Shown: in pieces, positions 51,666-62,583 of the stretch | Layout: every line of letters begins with the position of its first letter | Position numbering within the stretch: the stretch's first letter is position 1 | From: Macrostomum hystrix | Taxonomy: Eukaryota; Animalia; Platyhelminthes | Direction of reading: 5' to 3' | DNA length: 64,000 nt | Assembly: GCA_950097015.1 (NCBI GenBank) | Contig: CATNEN010000038.1 | Coordinates: 8,494,001 to 8,558,000, forward strand | Program-made: the position numbers and the translations under genes | The notes under the pieces: generated by a model | Databases searched by the model: none | What the model was told of the DNA's origin: nothing | Seen by the model: the letters and a program-made list of their open reading frames with translations, nothing else

Positions 51666-53024
51666 AACAGACTCTCCTCTGTAATTTCTTTCAGGGCCCC
51701 ATATTCATTGCCCTGAACCAGTCACCATTAATCTTCGGTTCCCTAAATATTCAGTTACCCTAAACCGAAACAGTTTTCCTCGCCCTTTAACTTTCGCAAA
51801 AAAATGAGTCAATAGAATTACCTTTCAGTACTGTTTCACTACGCTGCTTCTCGCTTTGCTTAGTTGAGTCACCATTGGACAAGATACCTGACGATCAGTT
51901 AAGGCATACTTGGCGATGCTGTTGGCCTGACTGTCGTGCTCTGAGTGCTTCGATATTTAGAATAATTTAGCTGTTTAATTACCTTCAGCTCCTGCAGGTT
52001 TCTGAACTTTTCAGCCATCCGGGGGAGCTGCTCTAGCGAGATTGGGCCGGACCCTGCAGCCTGCGGGGATGGTTGACACGCGAGTAAAAATGCCTAAGAA
52101 TGCTAGGCATGGATGCGGAGGATGGGGTGGGGGCAGGACTGACTGCCCGCCCGCACGGTGTGGACCCTAACCCGGTGGGGGCGGCCTGGCCGGAAAATTT
52201 GGGAATAAGCGGACGTCGGGGATGGGATCTCGTGGGAGGGACGGCTGAGTGGGAAGCGGGGCAGAGGAGGACAGGCGAGAGAAGGCCGTTCTGCATCTCC
52301 CAATCTCTCCCCTTGCGGCTCCCTATCCCACACCCTCCCAATGCCTTTGGCCGCTGAAGTCGACAGCGTCCCTAACCAGCAATTCACCCCGGGGAGAACC
52401 CTCCCTGCCCCATCCTCACCACGCGGCGCTGGGCTGGGATGTGAAAATGTGCGGGTGGGCCTTCAGCTGGGCGGGATGAACTGGGAACAGACGTCTTTGG
52501 GCGCATCTTTGGTTTGCGCCTGTCAATCTCAGCCAATTTACTCACCCCAGCTCAAGCGCTCAGTTGCGCCTCAAAATTCCTCGTCGACTCTTACAGTGAA
52601 TTCTATCTGTTCCTGATTTATTTGCATATTCTCGCATTGATTGCCGTCAGAAGTGCATCCGCATGTGTTTGTACTTTTAAACGCGTACTCAATTCGAGAA
52701 GGCGATTTTGAGTTGAGTGACTCCTTTCAATGAAGGATCTGAATTGTGGCAGCTTGTCCTTTGCTGGTTGGCACCATTCCACTTAGCAAAGGGCAGTCAT
52801 GGCGATGGACTGACTTGGCACAATTTTCTTGTCATTAAGAATTCGGCCAAAGAAGATGATGAAAAAAATTACTGTAAAACGAGACCAGAAGGGATTTGCT
52901 TAGAAATGAGAGAAAATATGTGCAGTAGACTGGCAGAGAGGCAGAGAGTGAGAGGGAGAGGGATAGAGACAGGGAGAGAGAAAGAGAGAGGAAGGAATGA
53001 AGGAAGAAAGGAAGAGAAATGGGA

Positions 53025-53492
53025 AGAGGGAGACAGGAGGGGAAGGCAAAGAGAGGGAGAGAGGAGGGGAAGGCAAAGAGAGGGAGAGAAGAGGGGAAGG
53101 CAAAGAGAGGGAGAGAGGAGGGGAAGGCAAAGAGAGGGAGAGAAGAGGGGAAGGCAAAGAGGGGGAGACAGGAGGGGAAGGCAAAGAGGGGGAGAGAGGA
53201 GGGGAAGGCAAAGAGAGGGAGAGAGGAGGGGAAGGCAAAGAGGGGGAGACAGGAGGGGAAGGCAAAGAGGGGGAGACAGGAGGGGAAGGCAAAGAGGGGG
53301 AGAGAGGAGGGGAAGGCAAAGAGGGGGAGAGAGGAGGGGAAGGCAAAGAGAGGGAGAGAGGAGGGGAAGGCAAAGAGGGGGAGAGAGGAGGGGAAGGCAA
53401 AGAGGGGGAGAGAGGAGGGGAAGGCAAAGAGGGGGAGAGAGGAGGGGAAGGCAAAGAGGGGGAGAGAGGAGGGGAAGGCAAAGAGGGGGAGA
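53025..53492. repeat. 27-bp polypurine, G-rich minisatellite (GGAGGGGAAGGCAAAGAGGGGGAGAGA)
   Basis: Period of 27 bp; almost exclusively A/G. Confidence 0.95.
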
Positions 53493-53914
53493 GATGAGAG
53501 GAGAAAAAGGCGACCCTAAAAGAGGCCTGTACAGCACGGGGTGGACAACCAGGTGAAGCCTATTAATTTTCTTGGAGCCATCAGACCAAAAAAGGAACTC
53601 TTCAAAAAATAACAAAATCTCCATTATCTGACAAACTGAACAGACAAGGGAACATACTTCTTAGAAGTAGGACCAGATTGATGTGACTGGCGCCACTTCA
53701 TCCCGACTCTCACCCGTCCACATAGCTGCCTGAGACAACTTGACTGGCGGGTACCCTATCCGTAGAGGCTCAAGCTAAAGCTGGCTGTTCTCCTCATTCC
53801 TGTCACTCGCTTTCCTGCGTCCGCATGCGATATAAGAGTACAGTTAATTGCTCTGCGAGTGACTGCTGGGGCACGATTGACAGGTGTGACTGTTTTTTCT
53901 TTATCATTTACCTT

Positions 53915-55442
53915 CGCTCTTCTATCCTTCCTTCTCACTCTTCTCTCCTTCCTTCTCACTCTTCTCTCCTTCCTTCTCACTCTTCTCTCCTTCCTTCTCA
54001 CTCTTCTATCCTTCCTTCTCACTCTTCTCTCCTTCCTTCTCACTCTTCTCTCCCTCCTTCTCACTCTTCTCTCCTTCCTTCTCACTCTTCTCTCCCTCCT
54101 TCTCACTCTTCTCTCCTTCCTTCTCACTCTTCTCTCCCTCCTTCTCACTCTTCTCTCCTTCCTTCTCACTCTTCTCTCCCTCCTTCTCATTCTTCTCTCC
54201 TTCCTTCTCACTCTTCTCTCCTTCCTTCTCACTCTTCTATCCTTCCTTCTCACTCTTCTATCCTTCCTTCTCACTCTTCTATCCTTCCTTCTCACTCTTC
54301 TATCCTTCCTTCTCACTCTTCTCTCCCTCCTTCTCACTCTTCTCTCCTTCCTTCTCACTCTTCTCCTTCCGTCTCACTCTTCTATTCTTCACTGTCTCAC
54401 TCTTCTATCCTTCCTTCTCACTCTTCTATCCTTCATCGCCTCACTCTTCTATACTTCATTGTCTCACTCTTCTATCCTTCCGTCTTACTCTTCTACCCTT
54501 CCGTCTCACTCTTCTATCCTTCCGTCTTACTCTTCTACCCTTCCGTCTCACTCTTCTACCCTTCTGTCTCACTCTTCTATTCTTCACTGTCTCACTCTTC
54601 TATCCTTCCATCTCACTCTTCTATCCTTCCTTCTCACTCTTCTACCCTTCCTTCTCACTCTTCTATCCTTCATCGCCTCACTCTTCTATACTTCATTGTC
54701 TCAATCTTCTATACTTCATTGTCTCACTCTTCTACCCTTCCGTCTCACTCTTCTACCCTTCTGTCTCACTCTTCTATCCTTCCGTCTTACTCTTCTACCC
54801 TTCCGTCTCACTCTTCTACCCTTCTGTCTCACTCTTCTATTCTTCACTGTCTCACTCTTCTATCCTTCCATCTCACTCTTCTATCCTTCCATCTCACTCT
54901 TCTATCCTTCCTTCTCACTCTTCTACCCTTCCTTCTCACTCTTCTATCCTTCATCGCCTCACTCTTCTATACTTCATTGTATCACTCTTCTATCCTTCAC
55001 TGTCTCACTCTTCTATACTTCACTGTCTCACTCTTCTATCCTTCACTGTCTCACTCTTCTATCCTTCATCGCCTCACTCTTCTATACTTCATTGTCTCAC
55101 TCTTCTATCCTTCCTTCTCACTCTTCTATCCTTCACTGTCTCACTCTTCTATACTTCATTGTCTTACTCTTCTACCCTTCCTTCTCACTCTTCTATCCTT
55201 CATCGCCTCACTCTTCTATCCTTCACTGTCTCACTCTTCTATCCTTCCGTCTCACTCTTCTATCCTTCTGTCTCACTCTTCTATCCTTCCGTCTCACTCT
55301 TCTATCCTTCCGTCTCACTCTTCTACCCTTCCGTCTCACTCTTCTATCCTTCCGTCTCACTCTTCTACCCTTCCGTCTCACTCTTCTATACTTCATTGTC
55401 TCACTCTTCTATACTTCATCGTCTCACTGTTCTATCCTTTAG
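53915..55442 (+). repeat. 21-bp polypyrimidine minisatellite (CTCACTCTTCTATCCTTCCTT variants), left arm of the inverted repeat
   Basis: Period of 21 bp; the reverse-complement array is at 55621-56502. Confidence 0.95.
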
Positions 55443-55620
55443 AGATCATTAATCATTCAGGGGATAAGTAATGGGAAAGCTTTGTCTTAGCAACTACTCT
55501 TCGAAACAGCCCTTTCATCACGTTCTGCATCACTAGCTGCGTGATCAGAAGATGGAAATGAGTCTGCTACGGGCTGGTGTAAGGTACACTGCTGCACTGA
55601 ATGCTAGAATAAAATAACAA

Positions 55621-56502
55621 AAGAGTGAGAAGGAAGGGTAGAAGAGTGATACTAAAGGATAGAACAGTGAGACGATGAAGTATAGAAGAGTGAGGCGATG
55701 AAGGATAGAAGAGTGAGGCGATGAAGGATAGAAGAGTGAGAAGGAAGGATAGAAGAGTGAGACAGTGAAGAATAGAAGAGTGAGACAGTGAAGAATAGAA
55801 GAGTGAGACAGTGAAGAATAGAAGAGTGAGACAATGAAGAATAGAAGAGTGAGACAGAAGGGTAGAAGAGTGAGACGGAAGGGTAGAAGAGTGAGACAAT
55901 GAAGAATAGAAGAGTGAGACAGAAGGGTAGAAGAGTGAGACAGAAGGATAGAAGAGTAAGACGGAAGGATAGAAGAGTGAGACAGAAGGGTAGAAGAGTG
56001 AGACGGAAGGGTAGAAGAGTGAGACAATGAAGAATAGAAGAGTGAGACAATGAAGTATAGAAGAGTGAGACAATGAAGTATAGAAGAGTGAGGCGATGAA
56101 GTATAGAAGAGTGAGAAGGAAGGGTAGAAGAGTGAGAAGGAAGGATAGAAGAGTGAGATGGAAGGATAGAAGAGTGAGACAGTGAAGAATAGAAGAGTGA
56201 GACAGAAGGGTAGAAGAGTGAGACGGAAGGGTAGAAGAGTAAGACGGAAGGATAGAAGAGTGAGACAGAAGGGTAGAAGAGTGAGACGGAAGGGTAGAAG
56301 AGTAAGACGGAAGGATAGAAGAGTGAGACAATGAAGTATAGAAGAGTGAGACAATGAAGTATAGAAGAGTGAGACAATGAAGTATAGAAGAGTGAGGCGA
56401 TGAAGGATAGAAGAGTGAGAAGGAAGGATAGAAGAGTGAGACAGTGAAGAATAGAAGAGTGAGACGGAAGGAGAAGAGTGAGAAGGAAGGAGAGAAGAGT
56501 GA
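55621..56502 (-). repeat. Same 21-bp minisatellite in inverted orientation, right arm
   Basis: Shares diagnostic variants with 54334-55442 (short CTCACTCTTCTCCTTCCGT unit; terminal CTCACTGTTCTATCCTTTAG). Confidence 0.95.
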
Positions 56503-56587
56503 TTACCGGACTATCCTTCCGGTGATTTTGAGCAGTATGCTGGGGGCTAGCATCGCACTGTAATCTATTAGTTATAGTGACTATTAT

Positions 56588-56856
56588 AGTGAGTGAGTGA
56601 GTGAGAGAGTGAGTGAGTGAGTGAGTGAGTGAGTGAGTGAGAGAGTGAGAGAGTGATTGAGTGAGTGAGTGAGTGAGTGAGTGAGTGAGTGAGTGAGTGA
56701 GTGAGTGAGTGAGTGAGTGAGTGAGTGAGTGAGTGAGTGAGTGAGTGAGTGAGTGAGTGAGTGAGTGAGTGAGTGAGTGAGTGAGTGAGTGAGTGAGTGA
56801 GTGAGTGAGTGAGTGAGTGAGTGAGTGAGTGAGTGAGTGAGTGAGTGAGTGAGTGA
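56588..56856. repeat. (GAGT)n tetranucleotide microsatellite, ~65 units
   Basis: Directly visible. Confidence 0.97.
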
Positions 56857-57339
56857 GATATAAAAGCAGTAAGCTATAATGCTGCCAGCTGGTATACGAA
56901 GGAGTGGACATTGCGATACATTCCAACTGGAAGCTGGTCCTCCTTTGGGGAAATAATTAAATTACTTTCCTCATCTCTCGAGTTGCGGTATAATTTCCCT
57001 ATTTCAGCTCTCGCTTTTCTCTCCCTCTAGGGGGATGGGATGATGGGAGTGAAGCTGGAGGGGAAGGCAGCCACAGGCGCTTGGGATCTGATCACCCAAA
57101 TAGACCTCCAATGTCCGGCTGTTCAGCTAAAAGTGCAAGTCGCCCCCGTTCCGCTGCATGGGTCAGTGCGGATCTAATACATAGTGCGTCTGTTTCGCTT
57201 TGAATATTTTGAAAGCCGAGTTTAAGAAATATTTTTAGAATGCTCGTGCAGATATTAAATACAATTTGGAATTAAAATAAATTGTTAGCGGTATACAAGT
57301 ATGATTATTAAGATTAGTAAAAAATTCATCTTTACCGAA

Positions 57340-57412
57340 TCTGGCTGAGATTCGATCTCCAGACTTCTCGTTCGGAATTCCAAAGCTCGATCAAATCAAT
57401 GGGCTACAAGCT
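57340..57412 (-). mobile_element. Possible degenerate tRNA-derived SINE head
   Basis: Minus strand reads TTGTAGCCCATTG...GAAGTCTGGAGATCGAATCTCAGCC, similar to the heads at 59708 and 60799. Confidence 0.35.
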
Positions 57413-57744
57413 TCATTGAAATGATATGCCGGCCTGCGTTTTTCTGGATCTTTAACTTTTTTAAAATTATTTGCAGCTTCTTCTGAAAAATATTTTTATC
57501 GATACACCATTTTATGTGGCTACTACCAAACAATATAGTAGAGAAAACTTGAAATTGCAGAGCACATCATCAAAAATCTAAGCGCATTTATAGAAGATTT
57601 ATTTTGGAATTCTAAAAACTTCTAAGAATTTTTTGTACTACTATAGTATTATATCACGTAAAATAATAGCCTTCTAAGTTAAAGGCTATTTGTTTACTAG
57701 TTATTTTAACGGCGTTCGTAGGCTGCTGCAATTAAGCCCATTAA

Positions 57745-57812
57745 TTGTGCCAAAAGTTAGAGTTAAGCACTTCTGATCGAAAGGTCGTCTGTTCGAATCG
57801 CAGCCCAACTAG
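57745..57812 (+). mobile_element. Possible degenerate tRNA-derived SINE head
   Basis: GTTAGAG...GAAAGGTCGTCTGTTCGAATCGCAG contains a B-box-like GTTCGAATC. Confidence 0.35.
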
Positions 57813-59609
57813 CGGATATATTTCCCCGTCGCTTCAGGTCAAACAGAAAAGGTCCTAGCAATTTGCTCACGTAGAAATTTATGTGAATGCGACGTCCCCT
57901 AGTCCACTTGTTTCGATTCTGAATTCCTTCTCACAAAAATAAAAAACATGCAGTACGTGCATATAAATATGAGTTAATCATATAATGCAGTACGTAAAAG
58001 TGCATGTTATGGGGCTCCACTAGGAATTTGATGTGGTGATTAGTCATTTTATCCTTCTGGTCCTCTAAGGCTATACGCCCCTGTGCCCACCAACAAAAAG
58101 TACTCGTACGTGCGTAATAATTGCTTTTGCAACAGGAAATTAAAGAATTTGGTATTAGGAAAAAAGTATACACTGAATCTAATGTAGGTATGGAAGTAAA
58201 GAATAGTTCAGTGCAGTGTGTATGCGAACGTGTAATTAAGCCAATATTGGAACGAAGCCATTGTATTATTCAAACTACTGTGCAAGCTCGATCATTCTTA
58301 TTACATTACATTTTTCTGTGGTGTGAATTTTGACAGAACGTGAATAAATATGTGAAAAAATAATTGCTCCATGGAGTAAGTGATGAATTCTTGTACGAAT
58401 GATGGGCCAAGAAACTCTTAAACTCTAGTCTCTATACTTAATAACCACTATAATTACTATAGCCGTAATAGGCTCCGACCGGTTGACCGGCCTGGTTTTC
58501 AACACGACAACACATGTCAAATACTTTGGTTTAGAGTACAGTACTCTAAACTTTGATGTCTACAAGAGGTCTAATTTATGATTGCTTTTAGATAGGCCTA
58601 TGTAGTTAAAAGTATACTTAACCACAAGAAAAAATGGTTTGCAAGCAAAAAAAAAATAAAACGCGTTTCTAGCTCGGTAACTACGGCAAACGAAAGCAGA
58701 GTCATCTTAAAACTCAAATTATTCTAAATTTAGTATTTTCATAGAATCGGCTTTCCCTTTACATTGAGTCGCTTGTTTCAGGTGCTTAAAGTGTATCTAT
58801 AACAACAAAAAAGTATTTTATGCATATTATATAATGAAAATTAACTATTCCAAAATATCGAAAGCGTATTCTGAATTACTGTATTAAGTAAGCTAATGTA
58901 ACTAATGTAACTAAATACTAAATTTTGTTCCTAATTTTCCTAAAATGAACAAAACAACAAATGAGTATGACATATTCTCTATTAACTATCTGCTAATTGC
59001 CAATGCAAAATATTAGCTTTTGTATTCAATGCATCTATATTAAATATATTATGTTTTCTCTGCAAAGTTCTTCCTTTTATTTTATGAATAAACAATAAGC
59101 TATATTGACTAATTATGAAACCTGAAAATAACAATTGAAATATGATACAATTTTCAAATTATGTTTTTGTGCTGTATTGTACAGTTGTCAATATTTTATG
59201 TTGCTATTCACTATGACAGACTGCCTTAGAACTAACTGCTTTGCTGTTGATGTTACACTATTGGTGGCTATTTTATGAATTTTTGGCCACTTATTTATTT
59301 AATTTGCTGCCTAAAATTATGGAAAGTGGTCTACAGATCTCTTCAACCTGTTAAATTTCTAAGTTTTTTAGTATATTGTATAGCCAGAGGGACACAATTA
59401 CAGTATTGTGTCTGTCAATATTTTATTTTGCTTTGTGATACACTATTGATAAAAAACTTAGTTACATAGTATTATTTAAAAAAATTTTTTTTGTAATATT
59501 TCCATATCTATCTTTCATAAAAAATAGAAAATGATTCATTTAACCTTCATTGCTTCAACTTCGCCCCATAGAGACACTGAAAGCCTTTGTTACGGAGGCT
59601 CTGGGCCTT

Positions 59610-59708
59610 GTCTTGCTAGACACAAATTGTTCCAGTGGAGCCTGGAATCGAACCCCCGACCTTCCAGTCATGATTCGAACACTCTAACCACTCGAGGCTA
59701 CAACCCCC
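59610..59708 (-). mobile_element. tRNA-derived SINE 5' part (A box, B box, start of the CORE-like segment)
   Basis: Minus strand GGGGTTGTAGCCTCGAGTGGTTAGAG...GAAGGTCGGGGGTTCGATTCC...TTGTGTCTAGCAAGAC parallels 60799-60900. It does not fold into a proper cloverleaf. Confidence 0.7.
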
Positions 59709-60015
59709 TTGTGGTTAGAGTGTTAGAGTGTGAGTGTTACCCCCTTCTTATTTTTTTAGGATAAATAAATTATACATTAAGTTACATTTTTGCTGATAGT
59801 TGCAAATATTTCTACTAAGGTACAATAATCAGTTGAAGAGTTTTGATAGTTTAAATTAAATAAAAGGCAGTTTTCTATCTTCGTTTTTATATCCTTCTGA
59901 ATGAAAAAGCGAAAGCAATGTATTTTATTTCTTAAAAGTCCTACAGCTAAGCTATCAATAATTTGCAGCAAGGCGTCACTCCAGAAAATTGTGAGTTTAT
60001 TTATCTGCTTATGTG

Positions 60016-62583
60016 ATGAAGCGCAGCAACAGCAGCGTCAGCAGTCAGATCCAGCTGCTGGTGGATCGCGCCACCAGTGGCTCCCTAGCCAGCGCGGACA
60101 GCAACCTGACAGCCAGCATTGTGCAGTTCGCCAAGAACTCTGACGAAGCGCCCAAGGAGGTGGGCAGAGCGCTGCGCAAGCGGCTCGGCGCGGTCTCCTT
60201 GGCGAGAGATTTCCGAGCGGCTGACCACTGCCTGGACCTGCTGGAGGCCTGCGTCCGCTCCTGTGGCGCCCGCTTCCACACTCAGCTGGGCGGCAAGCGG
60301 GACCTGCTGGACGAGCTGCTCAAGCTTATTGGGCCGAAATATTCGCCTCCACCCGAGCTGCAGGACAGGGTGAGGCCGGCCTCTTTATAGCTTTGACTGC
60401 CATTGCTGCGTGTGTGAGCAATTAGTCAAAACTGTACCTTTCTCGCTCTGATACAGACTGTTTCAGAAATAAAAATGTCTGCCTGCACTACCATAAAACA
60501 GTCAGAGGACCCTGTCACTACAAATAAGACACAGTTCGAGATCTGTCACTCCGATACAGACACAGTTCGAGATCTGTCACTCCGATACAGACACAGTTCG
60601 AGATCTGTCACTCCGATACAGACACAGTTAGAGATCTGTCACTCCGATACAGACACGGTTAGAGATCTGTCACGCCGATACAGACACAGTTAGAGATCTG
60701 TCACTCCGATACAGACACAGTTAGAGATCTGTCACTCCGATACAGACACAGTTAGAGATCTGTCTGTCACTATTATGCAGACAAAGATACCGCTTTAAGG
60801 CGGTTGTAGTCTAGTTGTCAGAGCGTCGAGCTCGCAACTTGAAGGTCTGGGGTTCGATTCCCGACTGCGACAGAACTATATATGTGTCCTTTAGCAAGAC
60901 GCTTAATTCTGAATCGGTTCAGTTCACCCAGCTGTTAAATAGGTGCCAGCATTATATGGGGTAATTGCGGGCTGGAATAAACATGGAGTTACCGCCGCAG
61001 CCTTCTGATGCGCTGCGCAATTGCTGCGGCTGTGCTGTCTGCCCCTAGGACGCAGCTTTTTTCACCCACACTGCTCTGGCAGGTGCTGCACCTGCTGGCA
61101 ACCTGGCAGGAGGCATTCGCCGATCGTCCCGACCTCAAAGAAGTCGATCGAGTTGTTCGCGAGCTGCGCGCCAAAGGTGTCCGATTCCCCGACCCGGCCT
61201 ACTCAACCTACGAGTCCCTGCAGACGTACTCAAATCTGGACCCCGACTCCGGAGCAGCCTCTGGGTCCCTCGCCGCCCCGACCGTCGCTGCCAGATCCAC
61301 CTCGCCGCAGCGCCATCCGCCGCCCCAGTTGCCACGGACGCAGCGGCCGTCCTCCGTTGTTGGCGGCGCATCTGCCGTGGCTGCGAGGCCCAGACAAGCC
61401 GGTCAGCTGACTCCGCAGCAGCTCGGCAAGCTGAAGGCTGATGTGGATCAGGTGTGCACGAATTGCCGGGTGTTCAACGAACTGCTGACTGAGGCTGCTG
61501 CCGGATCGGCAAAGGCAGCTGACGAGCAGCTGATGCGGCAGCTGAACGCTGTCAACAGGCAGATGCAGCAGCGGCTCATGGAGCTGCTTGGACAAGTGAG
61601 CGTCACTTTTAATTTTATTTGAACAAAAATAAATCGAGCAAAATGTTAAAACATAGCAGCAGATATTTACTCACTATCCTACTCATAGTGGCAGTAGAAG
61701 TAAGTGATTGCTAGCGGGTGTATTTATGTGTAAATGACAGAGCTTGCCTCTCGCACCAAGGTCCCTGAGCTCGATTCAGCGGCCGAGGCCACATTTTATT
61801 TGGGACGCCGCCGCAGAGAAAAGGCTGGGGAGCTTGTCGTGCAATCTATGCCCCTCAGGGCCAACCTCCAAGGCACAGGGAAAGGGCACACTGCCGACGA
61901 TAAGAAAGTCAGGGCAGATGTACACACCTGTGTGAACGTGTGCCTGCGTACAGTATCTGTGTGCGTGTGTGCTCAGAAATAGGCAGAATTGCCTCCTCGC
62001 TGGCTGCAGGTCTAGTGTCACCAAATGATGTCACCTTCAATTATCATTATTATAATAGTGGTTCTTACTTTTTCATGTGTTTGAAAATGCTCTTGTACTT
62101 ATGGCAGCAGTTATAATAAAGAAAGTAATTATTTTTGTTTCTTTAGAAATCAGCCATTGTTTTCAACTTTTGCAGATAACCAACGAAACTGTACTAAGCG
62201 ACCTCTTGCACGTCAACGACGACCTAAACTCGGCCTTCTTACGCTTCGATCGCTTCGAAAATTCTCGACCGCCCGTCGGACAGAGGCAGCAAGAGCAGCA
62301 GCAGCTGCAGCAGCAGCAACGGCAGGAGCAGTCTAGCTCCATTTACCCCTCAATAAGTACAACCACCGCTGGTGTCAACCTCATCGACCTATCAGACGAA
62401 TGTCCGCCGCCGCCGTCGCGTCAGCAGGCGTCGTCGACGACTGCTCAGAATCCCGGCAATCTGCCGGACTCGGAGGTGGAGCTGCGCGAAATGGAGGCCT
62501 GGATGCGCAGCGAGGGCATGACGGAGAGCGCCAGCGCTGCCGCTGACGACATTCGGAGCCAGGCCGAGAGATTTCAATTGTGA
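60016..62583 (+). CDS. TOM1: TOM1/TOM1L2-family endosomal adaptor (VHS + GAT); exons 60016-60369, 61083-61595, 62176-62583; ~424 aa (start codon uncertain)
   Basis: VHS: VDRATSGSL...PKEVGRALRKRL...LDLLEACVRSCGARFH...LQDR|VLHLLATWQEAF..LRAKGVRFP. GAT: LTPQQLGKL...MQQRLMELL|ITNETVLSDLLHVNDDLNSAFLRFDRFE. Clathrin-box-like NLIDL; EMEAWM resembles the C-terminal myosin VI-binding motif. Both introns are phase-0 GT-AG. Confidence 0.92.
60510..60770. repeat. 31-bp minisatellite (GAGATCTGTCACTCCGATACAGACACAGTTC/A) in TOM1 intron 1
   Basis: Period of 31 bp (60541 vs 60572). Confidence 0.95.
60799..60985 (+). mobile_element. tRNA-derived SINE with a CORE-like central domain, in TOM1 intron 1
   Basis: A-box-like TGTAGTCTAGTTG, B box GGTTCGATTCC (60851-60861), then TGTGTCCTTTAGCAAGACGCTTAA-12nt-TCAGTTCACCCAGCTGTTAAATAGG (60883-60943). 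Confidence 0.75.
61735..62055 (+). mobile_element. SINE-like dispersed repeat, copy 2 (TOM1 intron 2), with possible degenerate tRNA head and (ATT)-rich tail
   Basis: Homologous to 13449-13700 (-); upstream AGGTCCCTGAGCTCGATTC is B-box-like. Confidence 0.7.

Noticed and set aside
52030-52500. GC-rich segment upstream of syntrophin as a gene or ncRNA
   Set aside because: Only short ORFs without recognisable motifs and no second copy in the window; it may be a repeat fragment or promoter, but I cannot support a call.
52717-56926. Arg/Gly/Glu-rich and Leu/Ser/His-rich ORFs
   Set aside because: Translations of 27-bp, 21-bp and GAGT repeats, open in several frames on both strands.
59630-59708. 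Functional tRNA gene (also considered at 60799-60870 and the B-box-like motif at ~8519)
   Set aside because: A/B boxes are present but the acceptor, anticodon and T stems do not pair properly, and the sequence continues into SINE body; treated as SINE heads.
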